Source: Candidatus Babeliales bacterium
Lineage (GTDB): Bacteria > Babelota > Babeliae > Babelales > JACPOV01
DNA: 64,000 nt
NCBI GenBank assembly: GCA_049692255.1
Contig: JBAVOR010000009.1
Coordinates: 16,457 to 80,456, forward strand
Reading direction: 5' to 3'
The notes under the pieces were generated by a model. That model saw only the letters and a list, made by a program, of their open reading frames with translations, had not been told where the DNA came from and searched no databases. The translations under genes were made by a program, and so were the position numbers. Position 1 is the first letter of the stretch. Every line of letters begins with the position of its first letter. This document shows, one piece after another, positions 46,528-55,958 of this stretch.

Positions 46528-47865
46528 ATGATATTCTCTTCCGTTATTACGTTCTGCTTAACGTATGGCGCAGTAGCGCTTTGTCAGTTAGCTGCTCTTA
46601 CCACCAGCCTGCTTGTACTCACTGCACTTCTTTTGACATATCTATTAAAAGCGCCTCAAATTCGTGCAATACCCCGTTTTTGGCATGTCGTACGCACTGG
46701 GGTTCACCATATGCATACGCAATCGGTACACATGATCAGTCCCTTACAAGCACTATTTAATGCCATGTCAACGTCAATTGGCATTGGAACCATTATTGGC
46801 CCATCGATTGCCATTATTATCGGCGGCCCGGGAGCATTGGCATGGCTTGTGTTGTATGGATTGATAGGATGTGTATTAAAATTTGTTGAAGTAACGCTTG
46901 CTCTGCAATATCGCAAAAAAACCGCGCATGGCGATGTGCTCGGTGGCCCAACACAATATCTTGCCGCCATACATCCGTGGCTTGGTGTATGGTATGCGTA
47001 TGGCACTATTATTTTATTTACCAGTTGGTCGAGCGTGCAATCAAACGTTTTGGCCGATGTGCTTGCGCAAGAGTCTATACCACCCGTTTTTACTGGCTTT
47101 CTCACCGCACTCTTGGTATATAGCATGCTTAACGGTGGCGCACGCCGTATTGCTGCGCTCAATGCCAAGCTCCTGCCATTAATGTCCGCTTTATATGTCA
47201 GCTCTGCTGCATATATTTTATTGATAAATAGCAGCATATTACCCACTATTATTGCTGATATTTTGTATTACAGCATTCATCCTATGAGCGCCGTGGGAGC
47301 ATTTTGTGGTGCATCTGTTATGCAAACAATGCAAGCGGGTATTTACAAAGGGGTATATATTACAGAGTCGGGCATGGGAACTGCCGCTGTGCCCCATTCA
47401 TTGGCAAACACACATAACCCTTCAGATCAAGGCATCTTAGCAATGATCTCTACTTTTGCCGATACCACTATTTGCACTCTTTCAGGGCTCATGGTTTTAA
47501 CTACGAATCATTGGCAAACAAATACTATCACCAATACTTTGATGTATCTCACGTTCCAAGAAAATATGCCTCTCTTTGGACGCCCTATTTTAGTAGTTAC
47601 TGTTTTCTTATTCGCCATTGGCACCATCATTGGAAACAGTTTTAACGGACGACAAACATTTGCTACCGTTACCCGTTACCGCTTTCTCAATATATATGCA
47701 GCATGTGTATGCACAGTAATATTTGCCGGCGCGCTCATCGAAGTACCCGTAGTATGGCAAACGGTCGATTTTTTATTGCCGCTCATTGCCATACCCCATG
47801 TAATCAGTTTATTGCATTGGACACTTAAAAAACGTGAGCTATTTGTAATTGCAAAACACAGCTAA
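46528..47865 (+). CDS. Alanine/glycine:cation symporter (AGCS) family transporter
   Basis: 445 aa and polytopic. ISPLQALFNAMSTSIGIGTIIGPSIAIIIGGPGALAWL...KFVEVTLALQYRKK...GGPTQYL follows the AGCS signature (S.fqA...al..tvGtGNI.GVa.Ai..GGPGA.FWMW...K..E..L...YR....G...GGP.yY). Confidence 0.75.
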   Translation: MIFSSVITFCLTYGAVALCQLAALTTSLLVLTALLLTYLLKAPQIRAIPRFWHVVRTGVHHMHTQSVHMISPLQALFNAMSTSIGIGTIIGPSIAIIIGGPGALAWLVLYGLIGCVLKFVEVTLALQYRKKTAHGDVLGGPTQYLAAIHPWLGVWYAYGTIILFTSWSSVQSNVLADVLAQESIPPVFTGFLTALLVYSMLNGGARRIAALNAKLLPLMSALYVSSAAYILLINSSILPTIIADILYYSIHPMSAVGAFCGASVMQTMQAGIYKGVYITESGMGTAAVPHSLANTHNPSDQGILAMISTFADTTICTLSGLMVLTTNHWQTNTITNTLMYLTFQENMPLFGRPILVVTVFLFAIGTIIGNSFNGRQTFATVTRYRFLNIYAACVCTVIFAGALIEVPVVWQTVDFLLPLIAIPHVISLLHWTLKKRELFVIAKHS

Positions 47866-47877
47866 AAAAAGATGGCA

Positions 47878-49281
47878 TCATTCAATGGTCCTCATAAAGC
47901 GCCAGCGTTTTTTATGTTCCCGTATCACTTGCAATAAATAATCAACGGCAGGGCGCAGCGTTCGTTCTTGTGTTTTAAAATCGACCGCGTAGATGCCATG
48001 CTTGTTTTCGAAACCGTGAGTCCATGCATAGCAATCAGTAAGAGTCCAATAAAAATAACCGCGCACATCATAGCCTTCTGCAATAGCACGCGAAATAACA
48101 TAGAGATGTTTTTTTAAATATTCTGTTTTGAGTGTTACATCATCGGTTGGTGCACCATTTTCGGTAATAAAGATCGGTATGCCCAATTTTGCAGCACGAA
48201 CAATAGAGCGATATAACCCTTCTGGATACAGTATTTTAATACGCTCTTCATTGTCATGCATACAAATTAATCGATCTTCCGGCCGCGCTTTTGCCGACAT
48301 AGAAAATAGGCCAGTTTGTTTAATAACTGTGTGCGTATAATAATTGATACCAATAAAATCGAGCGTTTGTGGTGCACGAAGATCTTTGCCAATGGCCCAT
48401 GGCCTATTAGTCCAGCGAAATTTTCCCGTCTTGAAAAACTGAATGGTGGTTTCGTTTACCAAGTAACTTAAAAATTTGGTTGCCATTTTTTCTATTGGGT
48501 TATACGACGAATAAGCATCGATCGGCTGACACATATGGGTAATGCCGACTTTCACTTGTGGATCACGTAGCTTGAACTCAGTTGCAATTTGTACATGCGC
48601 GCTCAGCTGATGCCAAATTACCGTTCCGGTTAGTCTAAAATTTTTTTTGCATGGCGGATAGTTCCCACGAAAATAACCCGCCAACGCGTAAGCAGCTGGT
48701 TCATTGAGAATAATCCAATAGGGCACTTTCGCATGTAAACGATCAAATACTTTGAGTGCAAAGCGTTTAAAGTATTGAATATTTTCTTCTGACTCAAACC
48801 CTCCCTTTGCTAAAAACCAGCGCGGCAGCGTGTGGTGAAATAAAGTAATGAACGGAGTAATATTGCGGCGCAGCAATGCATCGACCACCTGTTCATAATG
48901 ATCAAGCACCGCTTCATTAAATTGTCCCTCTTGTTCTTCGTATTTGCACCATTCAATAGAAAAACGGTCTGTATTCATACCAATAGCTGCAAGAAGATCG
49001 AAATCCGATTCGTACCGCACCCATCGTTGGCATCCGCGCCCAACGCGATCTTGTATATTTTTTTCTTTTTCAAAATCGGTCCAACTATTTTCTACCAATC
49101 GCCCGCCAACTGTTTCTGCTCCCTCAGTTTGTGTCGCTGAGTCAGAACATCCCCATAAAAAATGTTCTGGAAAAGAAATATGCGTTTCTTTTATTTTTGT
49201 CCAATCCCATTGAATTTCTCGCGTAAAAAGCGCAGTTGTGGCAACTAAAAAGCCAAAGAGGCACACGCATTTCTTCATCAC
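47878..49281 (-). CDS. Glycoside hydrolase family 1 (beta-glucosidase-like), exported
   Basis: 467 aa with a signal peptide (MMKKCVCLFGFLVATTALF). FPEHFLWGCSDSATQTEG is present. The acid/base motif is WIILNEP and the nucleophile motif is IFITENG. Confidence 0.9.
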   Translation of the reverse strand: MMKKCVCLFGFLVATTALFTREIQWDWTKIKETHISFPEHFLWGCSDSATQTEGAETVGGRLVENSWTDFEKEKNIQDRVGRGCQRWVRYESDFDLLAAIGMNTDRFSIEWCKYEEQEGQFNEAVLDHYEQVVDALLRRNITPFITLFHHTLPRWFLAKGGFESEENIQYFKRFALKVFDRLHAKVPYWIILNEPAAYALAGYFRGNYPPCKKNFRLTGTVIWHQLSAHVQIATEFKLRDPQVKVGITHMCQPIDAYSSYNPIEKMATKFLSYLVNETTIQFFKTGKFRWTNRPWAIGKDLRAPQTLDFIGINYYTHTVIKQTGLFSMSAKARPEDRLICMHDNEERIKILYPEGLYRSIVRAAKLGIPIFITENGAPTDDVTLKTEYLKKHLYVISRAIAEGYDVRGYFYWTLTDCYAWTHGFENKHGIYAVDFKTQERTLRPAVDYLLQVIREHKKRWRFMRTIE

Positions 49282-49420
49282 ATCTCCTTTTATAGGTTAC
49301 AAAATGGTAAAAAAACAGTAAGCTCAGAGTGCTTTAAAAGCTGTTTGTAAATCAATGCTAGTACTGATATAGCACACTATTTATAATTTGTAGAGATATC
49401 CGTAAAAAACAGGATCTGTG

Positions 49421-50587
49421 ATGACTCTCGCCCCAAAAATACTCATTTTATCGTGCCATGGCGGTGGCGGACATATGTCCGCAGCAACAGCACTGGAACA
49501 ATATTTATCCGAACACTATTGCGTACAAACCATCGATTTTGTTGGCACTACCCTTGCGCCCTACGATCCATTGTACATTATTACACGTACGTATACGGGG
49601 CAAGATATATATAATGCCCTTCTGCAACGCAATGCAAAACGCATCACCAATTTTTTCTATCGTCTAGGCCTTTGGTTAGTGAATCTAAAAAGAAAAACAT
49701 TAGAACGCGCTGTTACGAATCATATCGCACAATACCAACCAGATATGGTAATTTCGGTGATTCCTATTATTAATGATATGATTATTAATAGCTGCAAAGA
49801 ACTGGGCATTAAATGTGTGGTAGTACCTACCGATTTTGACACCAGTACTTTTATATCGCATCTGCCTCCCATTCAACCGCACAATACGCGTATTTGTATT
49901 AGCATGGATTATGCGCTTATTACTGAACGCATCCCTGACTCTATTTGTAAAGATGCGCTGACCGTCACTGGGTTTCCTATTCGCCCCACCTTTTTTATGC
50001 CGCGCAATAAAGCTATGCTTAAAAAGCAGTACGGCATATCTCATGCAGTTCCAGTCGTATTGCTTGTGATGGGAGCGGCGGGGTCGCAACATATCTTACG
50101 CTATCTGCGTGAACTTTCTACGCTGAGCGTCGCGTGTCACTTAATTATTTGTATCGGGCGTGCAACGGCACTTAAAAGTAAAATTCATCGTTTGTATATG
50201 CCGTACCACATTACATACACTATCATTGACCACAAGCACAATATTGCTGATTACATGGCACTTGCCGATCTGTGTATTACTAAGCCAGGGTCGGTAACCT
50301 TTGCTGAAATTATTTACATGAAAATACCGGTGCTGCTCGACAAGACCGATGTCCCATTATTATGGGAAAAGTTAAATTTAGAACTGGTGCAATCGTTTCA
50401 AATTGGTGAATGTATCAATCATACTCGTGATATTGCACCAATGGTTGCCAGTTATTTAACCGATCAATCAAAAATTATTGCGTGCAGACACGCGTTGGAT
50501 CAGATCAAAAAAGAAGATTTTGGCAGAAACATTCATCTTCTGGTTGCTGCTATGCTTTCATCGGGCCCTCAGACAATCCCCGAATGA
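49421..50587 (+). CDS. MGDG-synthase-like / processive diacylglycerol glycosyltransferase (GT28)
   Basis: ILILSCHGGGGHMSAATALEQYL is the typical MGDG_synth N-terminal motif. The C-terminal part has a GT28 pattern (LCITKPGSVTFAEIIYMKIPVLL). I set the start at the ATG at 49421, with AGGAT 5 nt upstream; the track uses GTG at 49418. Confidence 0.8.
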   Translation: MTLAPKILILSCHGGGGHMSAATALEQYLSEHYCVQTIDFVGTTLAPYDPLYIITRTYTGQDIYNALLQRNAKRITNFFYRLGLWLVNLKRKTLERAVTNHIAQYQPDMVISVIPIINDMIINSCKELGIKCVVVPTDFDTSTFISHLPPIQPHNTRICISMDYALITERIPDSICKDALTVTGFPIRPTFFMPRNKAMLKKQYGISHAVPVVLLVMGAAGSQHILRYLRELSTLSVACHLIICIGRATALKSKIHRLYMPYHITYTIIDHKHNIADYMALADLCITKPGSVTFAEIIYMKIPVLLDKTDVPLLWEKLNLELVQSFQIGECINHTRDIAPMVASYLTDQSKIIACRHALDQIKKEDFGRNIHLLVAAMLSSGPQTIPE

Positions 50588-51290
50588 ATTGATACAGATA
50601 TGGATTATCTGACTGCCACACCGTTTTTGCATCACCTACATACTGAATAACGCCGTTGTATAATAACGCGACAACATCACAATAGTTAAAAATATCGGTA
50701 TCATGCGAAATGACTATTGAGGTAATATTGAGCTTTTGTTGCATATCAAACATGAGTTCATGAATAGCGCGTGCGGTAATAGGATCTAAACCTGTTGTTG
50801 GTTCATCGTATAAAATAGTAGTAGGATTAGCGACTAATGTACGCGCAATACCAATACGCTTACGCATACCACCAGAAAGTTCCGACGGGTGGCGCCATAA
50901 AATGTCAGTTGAAAGTTGCACGAGCGCCAACTTTTCTTTAACAATTTCCAACACGCGATTCCGTTTTTCTCCTTGTTCTATGAGCGTAATGCCTACATTT
51001 TCAAACACATTTAATGAATCTAATAATGCAGCAAACTGAAACACGTACCCAAAAGAGTGGAGCTTCTGGCGCACTTCATGCGCGCTTTTGTTGACGATAT
51101 CTGTGCCATCAATAAAAATGTGGCCATCTGTCGGGCTGATTAGTCCAATGAGCTGTTTGAGTAGTACCGATTTGCCTTCGCCCGATCGCCCAATAATAAC
51201 GGTCATGCGCTGGTCTTGAATAGTTAAATTCACCCCGCGTGAAACCCACGTATCACCAAATCGTTTTTTAAGATCTACTATTTCTATCAC
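50550..51290 (-). CDS. mlaF: ABC transporter ATP-binding protein, MlaF-like
   Basis: 246 aa. Walker A is GRSGEGKSVLLK, the signature motif is LSGGMRKRIGIARTL, and Walker B is ILYDEPTTGLD. It is adjacent to an MlaE-type permease. The 3' end overlaps the convergent GT28 gene by 38 nt. No mlaD is adjacent. Confidence 0.85.
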   Translation of the reverse strand: MIEIVDLKKRFGDTWVSRGVNLTIQDQRMTVIIGRSGEGKSVLLKQLIGLISPTDGHIFIDGTDIVNKSAHEVRQKLHSFGYVFQFAALLDSLNVFENVGITLIEQGEKRNRVLEIVKEKLALVQLSTDILWRHPSELSGGMRKRIGIARTLVANPTTILYDEPTTGLDPITARAIHELMFDMQQKLNITSIVISHDTDIFNYCDVVALLYNGVIQYVGDAKTVWQSDNPYLYQFIRGLSEGPMKA

Positions 51291-51314
51291 CGCATATCCC
51301 TTTTGGTATCTTTC

Positions 51315-52109
51315 TTATTCGAATAACAATGCGGTTAAAAAATAGTTCGCTATTAAAATAATAACCGAACTGATCACAACCGCTTGTGTCGTTGCGATAC
51401 CAACGCCTCGAGCTCCTCCCTGCGTACGATATCCTTTATAACAACCAACCCATGACAGAATAAGACCGAATACTGCGGATTTAATGAGCCCATTTTTAAT
51501 GTCAGAAAATTCTAAGTAGCGGGCAATCCCTTGGAGATACTGTTCACCATTTAAATGGAGCGCGTATACCGCAATAATATAGCCCCCAATAATGCCACAG
51601 ATCATGGTAAAGATAGTTAAAAAGGGCAAAATAAATACACTCGCGAACATGCGAGGAACCATGAGATATTGCCATATATCAATGGATAACGTACGAAGCG
51701 CATCTATCTGTTCAGTGATTTGCATAGTGCCAATTTCAGCAGCTATAGCAGAACCGGCACGCCCGGTCACCATCAGTCCTGTCAGCACAGGCCCCAACTC
51801 ACGAGTCATACTTAACGCTACCAAGGGGCCAATGAGATCTTCACTACCAAAGCGCTTGAACCCTATATAACTTTGAAATGCTAAAACAGCACCAGCAAAG
51901 GTGCCGGTCAGCACTACAATCAGACACGACCCTACTCCAATGCGATCCATTTGATAGAGTATTTTATTAAACTTAGGGCGCGTGCTTACAGAAATCTGCA
52001 GTACTGTTGCTAAAAATAATACGAATTGCCCAACCGCATTACAGCGGTCAAGCACTACCCTTCCCATAGTATCCAGGGCATACTGACCCCATTGCCACAT
52101 CCTTTTCAT
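51315..52109 (-). CDS. mlaE: ABC transporter permease, MlaE family
   Basis: 264 aa. LVALSMTRELGPVLTGLMVTGRAGSAIAAEIGTMQITEQIDALRTLSI is the characteristic MlaE/Ttg2B block. Confidence 0.85.
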   Translation of the reverse strand: MKRMWQWGQYALDTMGRVVLDRCNAVGQFVLFLATVLQISVSTRPKFNKILYQMDRIGVGSCLIVVLTGTFAGAVLAFQSYIGFKRFGSEDLIGPLVALSMTRELGPVLTGLMVTGRAGSAIAAEIGTMQITEQIDALRTLSIDIWQYLMVPRMFASVFILPFLTIFTMICGIIGGYIIAVYALHLNGEQYLQGIARYLEFSDIKNGLIKSAVFGLILSWVGCYKGYRTQGGARGVGIATTQAVVISSVIILIANYFLTALLFE

Positions 52110-52142
52110 ATGCAGTTCCTTTGCATCAGCAATAGCGTATAA

Positions 52143-52496
52143 CTATTGCGCCTGCTGTTGTGTGATAGGATTTGTGTTAAGCAAACGGGAAGAATGGTAC
52201 GAACCAGTAGTGTACAGTGAAAGCAACAGAGACCCGCCCATAAAAAGTGCGCCTAATACCCAAGTAATTTTTTGGAATAAGTTCTGTCCTCCCGAACCAC
52301 CAAATAGCACTTGCGCACCGCTGCCAACTGCACTGAGACCCATATTTCCTTTACCTTTTTGTACCAAGATAAGGGGTACCATGAGCATACAAATAATGAC
52401 AAACAGTGCACGCAAAAATCCGAGTAGATAAAACAGAGCTACGATAAATATCCCTAATCCACCTAAGAAAGTGGTACTTCCCAATAAATGAACCAT
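52143..52496 (-). CDS. secG: Preprotein translocase subunit SecG
   Basis: I trimmed the start to MVHLLGSTTFLGG. It has two TM segments with the central G-rich loop QKGKGNMGLSAVGSGAQVLFGGSGGQNLFQKITW. It lies downstream of tpiA, which is a conserved tpiA-secG pair. Confidence 0.8.
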   Translation of the reverse strand: MVHLLGSTTFLGGLGIFIVALFYLLGFLRALFVIICMLMVPLILVQKGKGNMGLSAVGSGAQVLFGGSGGQNLFQKITWVLGALFMGGSLLLSLYTTGSYHSSRLLNTNPITQQQAQ

Positions 52497-52548
52497 AATT
52501 AATCCTTTTGGTTTATGATTGTATACACGCTGCTCTAAGTTGCTGCTG

Positions 52549-53316
52549 TTATTCACAGAACCTATGCATCGATAATACTATTTTCTGAAAGCTTTGAAAA
52601 TCAGTAGTTGCGCGTCCTACCAAAAAACCATCGAGCACGGGGTACGAAGAAAGGGTTCCGCTGTGCGCATCCACCGCTCCCCCATACAATAGCCTCGCCT
52701 GTATACCTTGAGGCAATTCTTGAGCAATCAATTCTCGTATGAGCTGAATTCGTTCATTCAGTGTGCTTGGTTCTGGCATCTGGGCAGCACCAATAGCCCA
52801 TGCAGGCTCATAGGCAATACATAGTGAAGTGCTCTGTGTGTGAGCCCTAACCACGTTAGCAATCGATTGTAACTGTGCCCGTATTACTCTTTCAACAATA
52901 GCTTTAGTAGCGTGTCGTTCTTGAGCCGTTTCACCAATGCAAACAATCGGAGTCAACCGTGCATCAAGCACACAGGTAAGTTGAGAGCGTAATACGGTTT
53001 CAAAATCTGCGTACAATGTCCGTTGCTCGGTATGCCCAATAATGCAGTAGGCACAACCGAGTTCTGCCACATTCAGGGCGCTCACCTGACCTGTATAAGG
53101 GCCACGCAACGCAGGAGCACAATTTTGCGCACCAATGGCAATGCCACTCCCCTTTACCGCTTGTACTACGGCGGCAATGGATTCAAATGATGGGCAAATA
53201 ACCAAAGAAAGAGCATCGGCGTGGTTTTTAAAAACAGTGGCACACTGTGTTGCAAGAGCCACGCTCTGTTCAAATGAAAGATACATTTTCCAATTTGCGA
53301 TTAATAACTGCTTCAT
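52549..53316 (-). CDS. tpiA: Triosephosphate isomerase
   Basis: 255 aa. LIANWKMY has the catalytic Lys context, IIGHTEQR corresponds to GHSERR, the catalytic Glu sits in IAYEPAWAIG, and YGGAV is present. Confidence 0.9.
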   Translation of the reverse strand: MKQLLIANWKMYLSFEQSVALATQCATVFKNHADALSLVICPSFESIAAVVQAVKGSGIAIGAQNCAPALRGPYTGQVSALNVAELGCAYCIIGHTEQRTLYADFETVLRSQLTCVLDARLTPIVCIGETAQERHATKAIVERVIRAQLQSIANVVRAHTQSTSLCIAYEPAWAIGAAQMPEPSTLNERIQLIRELIAQELPQGIQARLLYGGAVDAHSGTLSSYPVLDGFLVGRATTDFQSFQKIVLSMHRFCE

Positions 53317-53397
53317 AGAACTCTATCATTAAAATTTGAGAGGTGGTATTATACATGCTGTCTTTACCATAGCAAAAGCCATAAGAAAGGGTAGTAT

Positions 53398-54648
53398 ATG
53401 AGAACACTGCATATTTTTACTGTCTATCTTATATGCATAATCAATACCATTTTTCCCAGCGAAATAACATCTAATAGCCATGCTGATCCACTATCTCTTT
53501 CTTTATGTGCACGAGGGTTTGCACATCTTATCGACGCAGCTCCATCCATTAATGTAAAATTTAAGCAAGAAGTGGATGACGAAAAAGTAACTATTGGTAT
53601 GCAATGCCTGCTGAATGCACTAAAAGAGGAAGAGCAAGAAAATCCTGTAACAAAAGTAGTTGCGCGTAACATTATCGATTTTTTTCTGCTGGGAGAAATG
53701 CCCCAGTTTTTGCTCATGCATGGTTATGTTGATACATTATTTAATAGCATGCCACACAATGGTCCTGCCGATTTTAATCTCAAGACACCTTCATTCGATG
53801 ACAAACGAGAGAGTGGTGTATTGCCCTGTAACTCTTATGTGTTTAGTCTCGGTCTGCATAAAGCATCACCGTTTCCGGTACTTCAACACCGTTTGACCTG
53901 TACTGTACCAACAGATATTGGCAAGAAATTAGTGCGCTTATCTCCTGATCATCGAACGCTCACCTGCATTACCACTACCGGTTTTGCAAAATCTGCAAAA
54001 GAAACAGTTAATACGTATGCCATTGATGCAGACAGATTTCACGCGCTGTGCGTTGGCACAAAACGATATGCTCTTGTTCATAGGGACACTAACCATAAGA
54101 TGAATATTACACTCAAAGGATCCACATTTGCTGATATAACAATCATTCAGACACCATACGATACTCCTATTGATGTGTTGTTATCTCCTGATGAATGGAA
54201 AATTTTATGCAAACCAGAGCCCTGGCATGATGCAGGATATCGCGTGTATGATTTCAGCACACGTCAATGGCATTCGCTCTGCATATTTCAATCAGATTGC
54301 AGATGGTTACCGAGTCATGAAATGGTCTGGAATAAAGAGAACACGTGTATTGCAGTTTATTCTTCCGATAGGCATCGTACCTTCACTTGGAACATTCCTC
54401 ATCACGAACCTCGAATAATTCTTATTGATAATACTACCGCGCTCAAAATGGCACTATACGACAACTGGCTCGCAGCACTCAAAAGAGACTGCGCTCAAGA
54501 AATTAATATGCACACCATCTACGCACTGCGCCGTATGAATACCATGCCGTGGCCCAAAAAACTACCGCCGGATTATGTGAAAATGAAAAAAAAAGAATGG
54601 CACACATTTCTCTTTGAAAATGGAGCAAAAGAGGTAGTCGAACAATAA
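53398..54648 (+). CDS. Orphan exported protein, tandem-array paralog P1
   Basis: 416 aa with a GAAAGGG SD and a hydrophobic N-terminus (IFTVYLICIINTIF). Family motifs present: PQFLLMHGYVDTLFNSMP, VRLSPDHRTLTCIT, LLSPDEWKILC, YDFSTRQW, LKMALYDNWLAALK and IYALRR. Confidence 0.8.
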   Translation: MRTLHIFTVYLICIINTIFPSEITSNSHADPLSLSLCARGFAHLIDAAPSINVKFKQEVDDEKVTIGMQCLLNALKEEEQENPVTKVVARNIIDFFLLGEMPQFLLMHGYVDTLFNSMPHNGPADFNLKTPSFDDKRESGVLPCNSYVFSLGLHKASPFPVLQHRLTCTVPTDIGKKLVRLSPDHRTLTCITTTGFAKSAKETVNTYAIDADRFHALCVGTKRYALVHRDTNHKMNITLKGSTFADITIIQTPYDTPIDVLLSPDEWKILCKPEPWHDAGYRVYDFSTRQWHSLCIFQSDCRWLPSHEMVWNKENTCIAVYSSDRHRTFTWNIPHHEPRIILIDNTTALKMALYDNWLAALKRDCAQEINMHTIYALRRMNTMPWPKKLPPDYVKMKKKEWHTFLFENGAKEVVEQ

Positions 54649-54668
54649 ATAATTAAAAAAGGATAACA

Positions 54669-55937
54669 ATGAAAAAGATGTTTCTTCTATTTTTCATATG
54701 TATTTATTTTTCTCATTCAGTCTTCTCATGCGATAATAGCACACAGCATTTTTCCTATTCTCAGGCACAAGAGCAGTGTAAACTGGGGCTCGTATCGTTA
54801 GAAAAAAGTGTTACTCCTAATCAGGGATATTTTACCAAAGAAATACATACGGAACATATAAAAACGGGTGTTCGCCATCTGTTACATGCGTTGCGGCAAG
54901 AGAAACACGAGCAACCAAAATCGCCAACCGTTGCACCTACTATTATCCAATTTTTTAAAAACGACCCACTAGCACAGTTTTTACTCATGCATGGATATGT
55001 TGATGAACTATTTAATAGTATGCCACACAGCGGCCCTGCTGATTTTGATCTTATCACACCAATATTCAACGATACGCAACCAATAGCACTGCCCGCAAAA
55101 AAGCATTTGAATATTAATTTCTTACGTAAATCTTCGCCATTTCCTTGGATTAATCGCACCAACCAAACAGACACTATCGAAACGGATACGGATAAAAGAA
55201 CGATACATCTTTCTCCCGATTGTCGTTCGTTCACCTGCATAACGAAGGAGAAACGCTCTTCAAAAGAAGTAATCGGACAGTACCCACTCCATGCGGACTC
55301 ATTCGATTCGCTCTGCATTGGAACGAAGTGCTATGCATTGGTAAACAAAGATGAAACAACTAATGCATTACATATTACGCTGAAATCAACGAAAAGCTTT
55401 TCTGACAGAGAAACTATTATAACGCCATACTCGAGTGCTATTAAAATACAATTATCACCCGATGAACAAAAGATTCTCTGCATAGATTATGCATCGCATT
55501 ACGACAAAAAGCATCGTGTATACGATCTGAACACAAAGCAATGGTACAAACTCGATTTTAGCGAGTTCGCCGCACCGCACTCATTAGTAAAGAATCTCTT
55601 TGATACATTGACGCATAGTGAAATCGGCTGGAGTAAAGATAGTGATAGCATCATAGCCCGATCACTTAACTTAAATACGTATTCATGGAAGTTGCCTAAC
55701 TATGGAGATCATTCTTTGATCGATAATACTACTATGCTCAAAGTGGCATTATATAATCATTGGCTCTCGTCATTAAAAGCACAGTATCTCAAAGAGTTCA
55801 GTTCAGAATCTATTCATAACCTCAGACGGTTTATGTCAGTTTCATTACCACCTCAAGTTCCAGTACAGTACGTGACATATAAAAAACAAGAATGGGAGGC
55901 TTTCATGAAGGAATATAAATTAACGGACATTGTATAA
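54669..55937 (+). CDS. Orphan exported protein, tandem-array paralog P2
   Basis: 422 aa with an AAAGGA SD and the N-terminus MKKMFLLFFICIYFSHSVFSC. Family motifs present: AQFLLMHGYVDELFNSMP, IHLSPDCRSFTCIT, QLSPDEQKILC, YDLNTKQW, LKVALYNHWLSSLK and IHNLRR. Confidence 0.8.
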   Translation: MKKMFLLFFICIYFSHSVFSCDNSTQHFSYSQAQEQCKLGLVSLEKSVTPNQGYFTKEIHTEHIKTGVRHLLHALRQEKHEQPKSPTVAPTIIQFFKNDPLAQFLLMHGYVDELFNSMPHSGPADFDLITPIFNDTQPIALPAKKHLNINFLRKSSPFPWINRTNQTDTIETDTDKRTIHLSPDCRSFTCITKEKRSSKEVIGQYPLHADSFDSLCIGTKCYALVNKDETTNALHITLKSTKSFSDRETIITPYSSAIKIQLSPDEQKILCIDYASHYDKKHRVYDLNTKQWYKLDFSEFAAPHSLVKNLFDTLTHSEIGWSKDSDSIIARSLNLNTYSWKLPNYGDHSLIDNTTMLKVALYNHWLSSLKAQYLKEFSSESIHNLRRFMSVSLPPQVPVQYVTYKKQEWEAFMKEYKLTDIV

Positions 55938-55958
55938 AAATAACAAAAAAGGGTAGAA

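Noticed and set aside
1298-52556. Longer N-terminal extensions offered by the ORF track for several genes: 1903, 13972, 15838, 19244, 35634, 39455, 40210, 42661, 49418 and 52556
   Set aside because: Internal starts have better SD sequences, remove overlaps with upstream genes or create the typical ATGA coupling, and give canonical N-termini (signal peptides, the SecG or c-subunit start). The extensions add non-conserved residues, and some start at TTG or GTG.
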